A stretch of DNA of 64,000 nucleotides, from assembly GCA_964016885.1 (NCBI GenBank), contig OZ024741.1, forward strand, positions 145,452,001 to 145,516,000, written 5' to 3'. A program made the translations under genes and the position numbers. The DNA is from Eledone cirrhosa. Taxonomy: Eukaryota. Below, one piece after another: positions 1 to 12,791 of this stretch (positions within the stretch are counted from its first letter, which is position 1; each line of letters begins with the position of its first letter). The notes under the pieces are model-generated. The model saw only the letters and a program-made list of their open reading frames with translations, did not search any database and was not told where the DNA came from.

Positions 1-2458
1 GCGTGAACTGCGTGTTTTTTTGTCGTGACACCTACACGATCTCATTTGTTTCGGGCTGGATGTTGTGGCACCAACATAACTTTACATTGAAAGGGGCGGT
101 GTGGATGGGTTGGGGGTGGTGGGACGGGGGTGTATTTTGTTAGAGATGCCTACTGACTGTAGTAGGTTATACTTTGTATTTAGGTAAGGCGGGTCTTCTC
201 TATTACTGAGTACCGCCAAAGGTCTCGGTCCAGTGACATTGTCTTGGTGAGGTGTAAGTGTGTGGGGTTGGAATTTATCAGCTCGTCCCAGGCCTTTCTG
301 GGTCTGCCTATGCCGTGGCTACCGTCTATCTTTATTGCCCTGCACTTTGTTATACAGCTATCGTCTTTCATGCGCATCACGTGACCATACCAACGTAGCC
401 TTCTCTCGAGTAAACAACATCTGATCCCTCTTATTTCTATTTTTTTCCTTAGTTCGTTTATGCTTTGCCGTTCACGTATATTACTATTACACATCCAGCG
501 GAGCATGCAATATTCGTTTCTCTCTAGTCTGCGTATATCCTCTGCACACAATGCCCAGGTCTCACTGCCATGCAACATTGCTGTTCGTATGCAGGCATCA
601 TGCAACCCGCCTTATTTTCTTTCTTACAAACTAGAACTTTAGTCTTAGGCAGGTTAATTTTAAGGCCTTTTGATTCTAGGCCATGCTTCCATGTTTGGAA
701 TTTCTTCTCTAGCTCGGCCATTGATTCAGCTATGAGTGTTAGGTCATCTGCGTATAGGAGTTCCCATGGGCAACTGGTCTTGAACTCCTCTGTTATAGCC
801 TGAAGGGCAATAATAAATAGTAGGGGGCTGAGAACAGAGCCCTGATGGACGTCAACTTTTACGCTAAACTCTTCACTATATTCGTTGTTAATTCTAACCT
901 TGCTGACTGTTTCTTTATACATGGCTTGTATAGCTCTCACAAACCATTCGTCAACACCTAGTTTTCTAAGAGCCCACCAGATAATGGAATGGGGGACTCT
1001 GTCGAAGGCTTTCTCCAAGTCGACAAAAGCTAAGTATAGGGGTTTACTTTTAGCTAGGTACTTCTCCTGTAGTTGTTGTACAATGAAAAGAGCGTCTGTG
1101 GTACTTTTGCCTGACACAAACCCGAACTGCATTTCATCTAGATCAATTCTGTCTCTGATTATTTGCGCTATTACTTTTTCTGTGACCTTCATGACCTGGT
1201 CGATTAATTTAATGCCTCTATAGTTACTCCTATCTAGGGCATCTCCTTTACCCATATAACAGTTAACGATGATGCTGCTACGCCAGTCCTTCGGAACAAC
1301 CCCACTCTGTACGACTTGGTTAACTATCCGGGTGACCATAGTGTGTCCCACCGTACCAGATGCCTTCAGCATCTCGGCAACTATTTCCTATGGCCCAGCC
1401 GCATTACCCGTCTTCATATCTTTGATTGCCTTACTTATTGTACTACCCTCGACTAACACTGCTGGTCCCTCTATTGGGTCGATGTGGGGGAGACTGTCTT
1501 TCTCCCATTTATTCTCGTCATTTAGTAGCCTTTCATAGTGACACTTCCAAGCTACCTTCTTATCAGCGTCAGTGATGGCAAGTACGCCGTCATCATTAAG
1601 TACACACTTCTCCCCGACAATATCACGGTTTTCCTTGACACATTGCCTAGCAATCCTGAACACCTCATGTTTTTGGTCCTCGCGTTGTAGAACATGCTTG
1701 AACTTTCTTTCCTCTGCTTCCCTTCTTGCGAAGTACACTTGTCTCCTAGCTTCCCTCCTGGCCACTTGATAGTCTTCTCTACTTCCCCCATCCCGCCATA
1801 CTTTCCAAGCCTGCTTTTTTGGCCTTAATTGACCCCTCCACCTTACTGTTCCACCACCATGTTACTCTCCTCCTGCCTACAGGCCTGCTCCAGCCACAGA
1901 CTTCGTCTGCCGCCATCAGCAGGTTTGCTTTCAGGAATTCCCACTGCTCCTCTATATTGTACGACTCTAATTGCTCTTCCTTACTGTCGAAAGCATCAAG
2001 TAGTATGCTTTTGAATGTATTTCTGGCTGTGGGGTCCTTTAGCTTCCATATATTTCTCCTGAGGATATTCCTCTTCTGTTGTCTAGTACATCTCGTCCTG
2101 ACTATTAGGTCGCTAATTATCAGTCTATGTTGGGAGGTGCATTCTTCATGGGGGAGGGATTTAGTGTTTACAACAGACACTCTGTCACGTCTTCTGGTAA
2201 GGATATAATCTACCTGGCTTGTGTGTTCCCCTGATCTATAGGTGATCAAGTGATTGTCTCGTTATTTGAAGTTAGTGTTACAGATAGTTAGGTTATTTGC
2301 GTCACAGAATTCCAGGATTCTGGAGCCTTCCTCATTTCTAATACCAAACCCATAGCCTCCATGGATTTCGTCATAGCCGTCACAATGTTGTCGAACGTGA
2401 CCATTTAGGTCGCCTGCAATAATTATATAGTCACTGTCGGTTATTTGGGAGGTAGTGA

Positions 2459-2460
<2 letters not shown>
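1..2460 (-). mobile_element. RTE-clade LINE, 5'-truncated and disrupted (C-terminal APE endonuclease, RT, 3'UTR running off the window start)
   Basis: ORF pieces give APE motifs (IIAGDLNGHV, SQVDYILTR, SQHRLII), RT motifs (NYRGIKL, FVDLEKAFD, QGSVLSP, LLYADD) and the RTE C-terminus (RRLRWYGHV, GRPRKAW). Frameshifts and stops are present; the 5' end abuts (TA)n at 2461. Confidence 0.93.
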
Positions 2461-2505
<45 letters not shown>

Positions 2506-2526
2506 TTAAGTACATATATATATATA

Positions 2527-2990
2527 TCATCATCACCGTTTTACATCCATTCTTCCATGCTAGCATGGGTTAGCCGCATTGTCCTGTTGTGGGCAATGCC
2601 AGGTCAGGTGACCATGTCTTGCTCAAATATATATCTGATGGACTCTCCCATCGATTTTGACATTTGAAGATCCAAAGAACCTATTCAGTTGGATGTTTAT
2701 GTTAAGCAAGTCTACAGATCATGTAAGGATGAGGATTACTGGACAATTTTGCTTCAGTCCTCCCTCTTACTTCATGTAGCCAAAGGATAAAATCAGTTTT
2801 GAAGTTTCTGATCTCATTATCAAAGTTCCTGATCCAATTACGACATACAGTTCTCCAGCTCTTCTGTTCCAAAGCCATTTGCCTAAATGTCGCATAAGGT
2901 ATAATGGTTGCTGAAAGTTTACTCTTCAGCTTGTACCTTAGCCATGGCCATCAAATATTTCTATATTCACTATATGCATGATCTATATCT
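2527..2990 (-). mobile_element. Degraded 3' end of an RTE-like LINE
   Basis: (CAT)n tail followed by ccgttttacatcc...ccatgctagcatggg, the same terminal motif as other RTE ends in the window; interior decayed. Confidence 0.5.
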
Positions 2991-3004
2991 ATCTATCTAT
3001 ACAC

Positions 3005-3052
<48 letters not shown>

Positions 3053-3270
3053 AAATATTAAAAAAATAATGAATAAAACAATGAAACAGTTCCTTATATT
3101 AAACAAAAAAAGTTCATTATTTAACGATCGTTTCTAGGATATATATGTGTTAGAATTGGCATGCATATTCAACAGATCTATGTACAAATAGATATCTTTC
3201 CATGATATCCGGATTACATTGAGTTCTTCATACGGATTGGACACTACCGTAAACTCTTGGTAGATTTATC

Positions 3271-3308
<38 letters not shown>

Positions 3309-3349
3309 CGAAACATAAGTCAATTGCATGAACTCATAATCCTTTATTT

Positions 3350-3386
3350 ACTGCTATATATATTTCGATGATAGCCATCAGGCAGT
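3350..3386 (-). ncRNA. Degenerate minimal hammerhead ribozyme motif
   Basis: Minus strand reads actgc-CTGATGG-ctatcatc-GAAA-tatata-TA-gcagt. Stem I is actgc/gcagt and stem III is palindromic, but core A9 is missing or mutated. Confidence 0.35.
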
Positions 3387-3668
3387 TCTTAGATATGCCA
3401 GCTCTGTGTTTATAGTGTTGATGGTATCAGAGCCTTGGGATATATATATATATATATATATACACATCATCATCATCATCATTTTCATGTCTATTTTTCT
3501 GTGCTTGCACAGCATCTCTCCAATTATTACATTTCTTTGTCCTCTACTTTGTGGGTCTCAGTGATTTGAGGTCAATTCTTACCATCTCTGCCCAGGTCTT
3601 TTTTGTCTACCTCTACTGTGATGTCCCTCAATATATATATATATATAATAGATAATGATATGCATATG

Positions 3669-3704
<36 letters not shown>

Positions 3705-3889
3705 TCTATATATACAGTTGTGTACTAAGCCGCTGAAGAATATAACAAAGTTATATTTGTATATATATATTGAATAGAAGGAAAAGAGACTGCAGAAATG
3801 TCTATATAAATTTAAGTTTTTTTAATATAAACATATGTAAAGATGCCAAGTGTATGCATTTCTTTGTAAATTGAAAAATATGGTTAACA

Positions 3890-3932
3890 CCTTTAACTGG
3901 TTTTGTTGTCTAGCTGGGCTTTCATCAGAAGG
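3890..3932 (-). ncRNA. Degenerate minimal hammerhead ribozyme motif
   Basis: Minus strand reads cctt-CTGATGA-aagcccagctagacaac-AAAA-ccag-tTA-aagg. Consistent with CpG decay of CGAAACCGGTTA. Confidence 0.35.
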
Positions 3933-5284
3933 CATGTCTATCAAGGAAAAACATAATCGAGGGTTTGATGCCCTCTAGCACTAATAATACTATCTCGATA
4001 TAGACATACTAAACTAATTAATATACTATTAATATTTATGCTACACCACTCCCTTCACCTCCACACCCACTATACATTTAGATGCATGCCCATATGTGTA
4101 GGCATACATGCATACGCATATACACACCCGCAGGCGTCACATGCCATCAACACACAACTCTCTATGGCTCTCACTTGAGAGTGTGTGTGTGCTTGTATCT
4201 CTGCATGCATAGCTGTGATCATGTGGCACTCAGTGCCAGCACTGGGGCACAGTCAGTATTAAGTATTTGCCAACATTTACTCAATCACCACCACATCCTG
4301 TCTCTGTCCCCGTCAATGCATGCAGTGTCTTCACACTTAGTAATTCGGTCATTCATAGTTGTACTACCTAAAGCTCAGTAGTTTCTCTTACAGACATACA
4401 CACAATATGAGAAAGGGTAACTATCATATTTGCCACCATCTACCTTTCTCTACAAGTTCTTGTGACTGTGTCTACTTGTATGTGTGTCTGTATGTGTATG
4501 CAGAATTTCATATACATAGATAAAATTCCCTGTGTTGGTCTGCTCAAGCATCCATGCACACTCACACCTCTACAATCTCACAGCAGCCAGCTTTGTCATG
4601 GTCTACTACACATCCATTCATGGTTTTGTACAAACAAATAAACTAACATACACACATATACACCAGTTAATTTTTACTTCAGTTTTAATATTAGTTAGTT
4701 AACTAATCCATTCTTTGTTTAGTTTAGAAACTTGGGGGTTATTTAATTCTCATTCGAATATTTAATTTGAAAAGTGTTTAGTCACTTATTCTGTGGCCTT
4801 ATCAATGCCTGTTCTTGCTCCTCTGTGTTTCCTTTTTGTTTTGATCTTGTTTTGTTGTTTGCTCCATCTTGTCTTTCACAGAAAATCAAAAGCAGTGTAT
4901 TTCTTTAAAAATGTGGTAATGAAAGGGTTAAAATCAGCTTCTGTGAATTTGAACTTAGAATAAAGAGAGAGTCTAAACATAATATTGTTATTTAATCCAA
5001 AACTCTCTTACAATCAAACCCAATTTACTTCAAACTTAGATGTGTATTCTATTCTCTCCTTGGTCAGAAGGCAATAAATTTAATAACTTTCAGTCATAGA
5101 ATTATTGTCGCATTATAACAAGTCTAAATACTATTATTAGTGATTTTGGTAATTAACACAAATTATAGGGTAACATTGAGTGTTATTACAGACTAGAGTA
5201 AGAATACAATGTTTATAAAAAGAGACAATGTCAAATTGAGTACTACATTAAGATATGCTGGTGCTGTTATGCTAGTGTATGTAA

Positions 5285-5430
5285 GGGCACGTGGCTTAGT
5301 GGTTAGGATTTTCAGTTCATGATGGTAAAATTGGGAGTTTGATTCCTAGCAGCACGTTATATCCTTTAGCGAAACACCTTATATCACGTTCTTTCAGTCC
5401 ATTTAACTGGAAAAAATGAGTTACATCTGT
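5285..5430 (+). mobile_element. tRNA-derived SINE
   Basis: A box TGGCTTAGTGG, B-box-like GAGTTTGATTCC, and a downstream core shared with copies at 43245 and 48388. Confidence 0.65.
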
Positions 5431-7749
5431 AAGTGACAGAACCACTCACATATTAAATTCATGAGCAAAATACTCATTGTCAGAACCAACAGAGTTCCAA
5501 CTACATGTTGTTAAACATATACTAATTAAACATGAATATTAGAGTTGGATTGTGTGTGTGTGTGTGTGTGTGGTGGTGGTGGTTCGGGGTAAAGAGGGTA
5601 CAGCTTTTTTTTTTCAAACAAATCATATTAAAAACATGATTATATTATAGTTTGATATTTTTTTTTATTAAGGATCTTTCATGTTTCCGTATTAGCCATT
5701 TATGTTTGGTTTGGAACAATATCATTTCTAAATCCATACATCAAGACCTTCACAACCCCATCAGATTTCAATAACCAACCTGTTTATCTTTATATTTTCT
5801 GGGAGATTGTTAGCATCCACACTCTAGATATGTTGTACTAGTGACATATCATTTCAGGGTGTACATATATGTTGTGCATACTGGTTTTAAAAGTATTGGT
5901 TGTGAACTCAATACAATTCTTATCTATATCAGATGAAGTAACTTTAGCATGATATATGAATGCCTTCACATCAACGGAAATAAATATTAGAGTTATGAAA
6001 CATATCAATTAATGGTGAATTGATTATATTTTAGCCTTTTTGGGGGGGCGGGGGGTGTATTTTATCATGCCATCAGCACTAGGAAGGCTGTTTGTCAAGT
6101 GTCCTCCCTACTCTATATCATTTTCTTTTCAAAATGACTGCTCTTCTAGGTGGGTTGCCTTTGCTTTGCTTTGACTTACAGAATTCATGGCCACTTCATA
6201 TGTGTAAAATATACATATATATATATATGTAAATGTTCACACTTAAAAAGGGGAAGAAAACAAGAAATTATAACAAACAGAAATCATGTTAAAATGAATT
6301 TTCGCTTGTTTCTTTGCTTAAACCATATTTTTGCAATCCAGTTTGGCCTAGTAACACATTTATCAACAATCAATGTCACGTTATCATTTGCTAAAAATAA
6401 AAAAAAGAATATTAGAAAAAAAAGTTGTTTTTAAATAACGAAAGCTTCCTTTTAAAAGATATCTTTCTGTAATAGTTGCTATTTTATCAATTAAAAAAAT
6501 GTATGCTAGAAACATCTGACTGTGAGACACAGGTGGCTCAATTCTTATCTGATAAAATGTTTTCTTTATCTGTTAGAAAGTGTTGCAATCTTGAATTTAC
6601 ATTTGTATAGTCATGAAGTCATCATCATTATTTAACATCTATTTTACTTAACTCCTGGTGGAGTCATGAGGGCCCTGTTGTAGCATACAGCATGTCTTGG
6701 GAATTTAAACCTGGCAGACACCATTCTTTTTCAGGTCTGAACATAACCAATTTCTTCCAGAGAAAGTGGAATCTGGATGAAAAGCAAAGCTGGCATTGAC
6801 AAGAGTGGAAGTCTGAGTGTAGAGAGCCAGAATGAATACCACAAATCATTTTGACTGATGTTCTAATGACTCTGCCAATTCAACCCATAGACATACTATT
6901 TCTTGTCAAATAACAGTACAGTGGTTGTAGAAAAGTTCAACTTTCCTCCCCATGTGATCAGTAATTGATGAAATTTTAACACATTGCAGCCGCACCTCCA
7001 TCTTTTGTTAATATTTTAACTATCCACATATTGTATCCCACCTCCTTGGTAAATATTTTAACCAGACCTTCCATCATGCTGTACACAGATGACTCTGAAG
7101 CAGATATAATATAGTATAAATATGTAATGACATTTTATAATTGATAGTTCCACAAATGGTTTTATTACGACAATGATGATGGTGATGATAATGATAATGA
7201 TAATGATAATTGGGATGAGGGATGATGATGATGATGGTTATAACAAATGCAAGGTCAATTATTTGATTTCAATAGAAATTAAAGCAAATCAACAGAATGT
7301 AGTGACTGTTTCATCAAACTACCTGTGAGAAGCAGTTTGGTGAGCATCTGTGTAAATATGCAAATTTCAGTTAATCATGTCAATTTAATCAATATTTTGG
7401 TAATGGCATGAATCTAAAAATAAAAAAAATTCCTCCAATTATCAAGTGACTGATGTACACATAAATTCGTTTTTTTTTGTTTTTTTTGTTCCTCAAATTC
7501 CACTACCAATTTTATTGGAATATTGAATCTAACCACTGAAGGAGCCAATTTCGATTTTATGGTACCATGAAAACTAGAAATGCAATTTGCAAACCTTTCA
7601 TGATAGCTAATAGGGAGTGATTTTATTATACACTATTCGAATACTGATGTTGCACTGTGTCTATGGCCAAGACTCTTGATTTTATAAATGGCCCAGTTCA
7701 ACTTGTTTGATTCAAATAGAGATAAAGGAGGACTGAAGCACTCTTCACT

Positions 7750-8150
7750 TTAACCCTTTTGATAACATATTTCTAATAAAAGATACTACCTGTGATTTTT
7801 AAATAATTTTGAGGATAATCAAGAATTTGTAGGGATTTAGTATTATAACAACTAGCTTTGTCATTATTAAGCTGTTATTTTGAATATAACATAACAAAGG
7901 CTTTACAATAAAAATGATAGAAATTTTTTAGATAAATATACACACTTAAGCCTTTTGTTACCATTAACGTATTTCTAATAAAAGACACTGCATATCATTT
8001 TCATATAATTTTGAAAATAATTAACAATTTGGAGGGATTTAGTAATACAACAACAGACTTAATAATTATTAAGCTGGTGTTTTGCAACATAACTTAAGAA
8101 TGATTCATGGATTGATGATGGAAGGTTTTTAGATCAATATAAACATTTTA
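7750..8150. repeat. Two diverged tandem ~200-bp units of the TTAACCCTT-type MITE family
   Basis: Both units share atttctaataaaaga..., agggatttagta.., attattaagctg.. and tttttagat.aatata; the first starts TTAACCCTTT. Confidence 0.6.
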
Positions 8151-9057
8151 AGAAACCAAATCACTAGAATTTATGAGAATTGCTGACAGGCAGAGCTCAT
8201 TTCAATTTCTCCACTGGCTATCATGACAGTGCTAATACAGCTCTTTCTCTCCTTTCAGCTATCACATTCTGGATGTTCTGCTGGATTAAGCACTGAAGTG
8301 TTGAGAAAGTGTTTATGTCTAATTGTGACTACATGGGTTTTTAAAACTATTATTGAAAACTTTGCACATACAAGCAAGACATACTCAAGTGTGAATGACA
8401 GCCATATATAACAATTTACACAAAGTAGTATTTCTCAAGGTGGGGAATGGCAATATCTTGGTGGGCCTGGGACTTCAGAAAGGGCACATATACCATGCTG
8501 TACACTATGCTGGGTAGAAAATTAGATGAGTCCTTATAATGTCAAATAGGATGACTTGCTGTATTTGTTCTGGTTGTGTTCTGAGTTCAAAATCAACTGA
8601 GGTTAACATTGCTTTTCATCCTTTCGACATCGACAGAAAAAAGTACTAGTCCAATACTAGGATCAATTTTTTCTCGAAACCCCATTTTTACTCTCTCCCT
8701 ATCACTCTCTATTTTTCACTGTGTTCAAGCCTGGAGAGGTTATAATCTCTGCCAGGTTTTAAAATGCCCAAGTCATGCTGCATATCATGATGATGCCACT
8801 ATGACTCCATCAGTAGTTACAAGTCCATACATACATATATCATACTATATACTAATCCTGTCTGATCATAGTGAGATGCAGGGTTTTTTTGGAGATGGGG
8901 GTGGGTGGCAAATACGTTTGAGAATCATTGTTATAGAGGTAATTGTGTGGACCTGAAAGACAACACAGTGTAATTAATAGAAAAACCATGAAATCTTTTA
9001 GCCAAGAGACTAACACACTATATATATTATATTCAGTCAACTATGATCTTTACCATT

Positions 9058-9667
9058 GCTGAATGTGATTATTTGATTATTTAGAATTATATAAACTGAA
9101 ATTGATATAAGAGCTATAAATATTGAATAACCTACCAACAATCTGAGTTTTTCCAATAAAGCAATAATGTCCAGTTGAGCCACTTTATCTAATCTCCATC
9201 ATTAATTTCCAGGCATAGTAAATAATGTGCAGAAGACCATTGTATAATCACTTAACATGCTATGGATAACAGCCAGATGTCCCTCAAATCACACTCCACC
9301 AAAGAATACATTGAACAGTATAGTTTCTGATTTTTAAGACCTTCTTTGGTTGTGACTGACCATGGGTTTACACTTGGAACGTTCTTCTCCAAGGTGTAAG
9401 CCTAGGCAGGGTGTTTTGTAAAAGACCAACAGTATTCCATGCCTGGAAGTCTCCTCTCTCCATGAGATCAATATTGTACAAAGGAAAGGGAAAATCCAAT
9501 ACAGGTTGGCATCAGTGTCATCGCAACTAATTTTTTTCAAGCCCCCCAAAACATGAAAAGCAAAATCGACTTTTACAGGATTTGAACTAAGGGTATGCTG
9601 AATGTGATTATTTGATTATTTAGAATTATATAAACTGAAATTGATATGAGAGCTATAAATATTGAAT
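9058..9667 (+). repeat. 71-bp direct duplication (9058-9128 and 9597-9667)
   Basis: gctgaatgtgattatttgattatttagaattatataaactgaaattgatat(a/g)agagctataaatattgaat, one mismatch. Confidence 0.92.
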
Positions 9668-10176
9668 CAAAAAGCAACAGATGTTTTATCTGATGCTCTA
9701 ATGACTCTGCCAATTCATAATCTTATCAACAGTAATATCATTGATAGCCATCATAAACGAAAGTAAGCACCGAGTGAATTGTGTTCCTAGCAATTCTTGT
9801 TGCCCAGTTACAGCCTAAGCGACTTCATAACATTGTTGGCAGGAGTGGATTAACCATTAAGCAAAATAAGTTCATTTACATTAACTGTAACTATCATTTG
9901 CCCCCAATTTATTTTATAACCATTAGCTATGTGTAGGGGAAATATAATCTTTTAAGTTCTTAGGGCCTCAAATGTACTTAACCTGGCCTGGCCTGTTGTG
10001 AAAACTGTGATCCCTGAAGCTTTAGTTTCACTTTTATTCAAAACTGAGAAAGGTCTCTAAGTGGTTTCTCTGCTTTGTAGAAACAGTAGCAATCAAATCT
10101 CCCTCTCACTTGACCTTCTTGATGTAGTTCCAGATACACTTCAGATAGATCTTCATGGCTAGAAGGCCATCAATTA

Positions 10177-12097
10177 TACTGGTCAACAAAAACATATTCA
10201 TTTCATGGTTCTGGTATAATTTAGTATGATTCTAGGGTAATCAAGTATGCAGAATCTGAATATGACAACGGTTAAGCTGTATCAGGTCTAGTTTTCGAGA
10301 ACCAGCATATCCATGTTTATGACCCATAGCTATGTGGCTCATATTACTTCATCCAATTGTATCCACTATATTTAGTTGTTAACTAATTTATACTTACTGC
10401 TTTTGTTTCAGATCACAGAATTGTAACTATCCTCAGCTACTCTTGGATAATTCACAACGACTTTGACTAGTGAGAGAGATGGAACGCCGGAAATATGTAA
10501 ATGACCCGGACCGATTTTGCTATATTTGTGGACTCTTTACCCCAGAAAGCATAAAGAAACCAATCACAAAAGCAGTTCGAGTAAACTATATAAATGCTAC
10601 TTCAAATGTCCATTAGGAGACCGGGACAAGAAATGGGCGCCTCATATAGCGTGTAGGTCATGTGTTAATAACCTAAGTGAATGGAAGAATGGGAAATGAA
10701 GCTCTGGTTTGCCATTTGCCGTATCAATGGTGTGGCGAGAACCAAAAGACCACAATAACGATTGCTACTTCTGCCATATAAACATCCAAGGAATAACTGT
10801 CAAGACACGAACTACACTTCAATACCCCGATATCTCGTCAGCAATCCGACCAGCACCTCACAGTGACAAATTACCTGTTCCAGTTCCACCTGCTGAACAC
10901 GAGCTAATCTCTGGTTCTGATTCCAGTAGCACCCCTATTGATGATGACTATCAAGATGAACATGAGACAAGTGAACCCATACCATTTAACCAGGAAGCTC
11001 TTCACGATCTCATTAGAAACCTACATTTGTCTAAAGAAAAAGCACAGCTCCTGGAATCAAGACTGAAGCAACAAAACCTGCTGGAACCTGGCATCTGCAT
11101 TACAAGCGCTCGTCATCGTCATAAACAATTTAATTAGTCTACTTCTAGGTCTTCAGACTGGTTACACAAAGCATATGTGTTTTCTATGTTTGTGGAATAG
11201 TAGAGCAGATGCGGAGCACTACATGAAGAAGGATTGGCCAACAAGACCAAAAGATGCATCCGATAGATTCAACTGTCTGTACAAACCTCTCGTGGATCCA
11301 GAAAAAGTATTCCTCCCGCCATTACATCTCAAATTAGGCTTGGCCAAAAACTTTATTAAAAGCATGGATCATAGAGGTAATGGGTTTCAGTACTTGTGTA
11401 AGAAATTGGGTAGAGTGGTATCTGAAGCAAAGTTAAAAGCAGGGGTTTTGAATAGTCCTCAGATTCGTATGCTGGTTAATGCATGGAAATCATTTGTAGA
11501 TGTGATACAGTACTTTCTTGGAAACCACCGTGCAGACAACTATAAAGAAATTGTTGAAACCATGATACAAAATTATCGCGCTCTGGGTTCACGAATGTCG
11601 TTGAAGCTTCATTTCTTCCATTCTCATCTGGATTTCTTCCCAAGTAATCTAGGAGACATCAGTGATGAACATGGAGAGAGGTTTCACCAGGACATTGCCA
11701 TAATGGAGAGTAGGTATCAGGGTCGGTTCAATCCCAACATGATGGGCGACTACTGCTGGACACTCACTGCAACGTGAGGAGAGCCAGCAAAACAAGCGTA
11801 AAACCAAAATCCAGAAATATTTTTAGAAATGTTTTGAAATATTTTGTTATGTTCAGAATGTTGTTCAGAAATGTTTTGTTAATATACAAAGTGTTAAAAA
11901 AAAAAAAAAATATGTTTATATATTTTTATTAATAAGTTAATATGTTTATATCTAAGTCATCATATGTTGCACAATGGATAAATAATGCAATATGAGGAAC
12001 ATATTTTCACTCTCATATTAAGGCATTCGGGTCCGATAGCAAAAAATGTAAGATGCACATATTCACATGTAAGAACCATTTTGGCTGTTGATCAGTG
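10177..12097 (+). mobile_element. Chapaev3-type (CMC) DNA transposon, both ends present, internally deleted
   Basis: TIRs (t)ACTGGTCAACA / TGTTGATCAGTG, flanked by TTA at 10174-10176 and 12098-12100; transposase remnants inside. Confidence 0.85.
10479..11777 (+). pseudogene. Chapaev3-like transposase pseudogene
   Basis: MERRKYVNDPDRFCYICG, GDRDKKWAPHIACRSC, MVWREPKDHNNDCYFC, LLGLQTGYTKHMCFLCLW, LPPLHLKLGL, MSLKLHFFHSHLDFFP, SDEHGERFHQDI, MMGDYCW. Frameshifts, a stop and a deletion near 11133. Confidence 0.87.
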
Positions 12098-12791
12098 TTA
12101 TCAGTCTGTTAATCAAGGTTAGCCTGGGGGTTAGCAACAATAATGCTCTCTTTATTTGGGTTAGCCAACAATAATAACAACTTAAATCCTTTTGTTATCA
12201 TGGTTTTGAAATAAATTTGAAAATAATTCAGTAGTTGGTGGGGGGAGGGAATTAGTAATATAACTAGCTTTCACATTATTAATTTGGAGTTTAATTTTAT
12301 ATTTATTTGGTTAAACATACAGAAAAAGAAAGCAATATTGGAAAGGACTATAAATGCCATAAACGAAAAAAAAAGGAGGGGAAATGGAAGGATTACTAGA
12401 CAAAAAAAGAAAGGGGGAAGAGAAGATGGTGATAAACACTACACCTAGTTCAGAGCGGTGTTTTGGCTGTGCCACGCAGTCAAAATGGCAAAGGCATTTC
12501 CGCAGACAGTGTCCAGTGACACACACTACAACAGCCTCCCAATGTTCAGGGGCTCCTTCCTCAGATGGGCTGCTATCTATCCAATTTTATGAAGGAGGTT
12601 AGCTGTCTGGGGTCTGAGGATACCTGAAGTCTCAATGGCAAATGGTGCAAAGAGGAAAAGGCTGGAAAAGCTCCAGTATTTGCTTATCTTTGTATCCTCT
12701 GCATTGTGAGCTGCAATACTGAGATTTGTGGCCAAGGTAACTAAGTTGGTAGTGGAGAATGTGTCGCAACATATTGTGTCCCAGATGCATT

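Noticed and set aside
9840-9995. Possible hAT MITE (CAGGAGTGGATTAA / TTAACCTGGCCTG)
   Set aside because: TIRs are imperfect and no 8-bp TSD was found; insufficient support.
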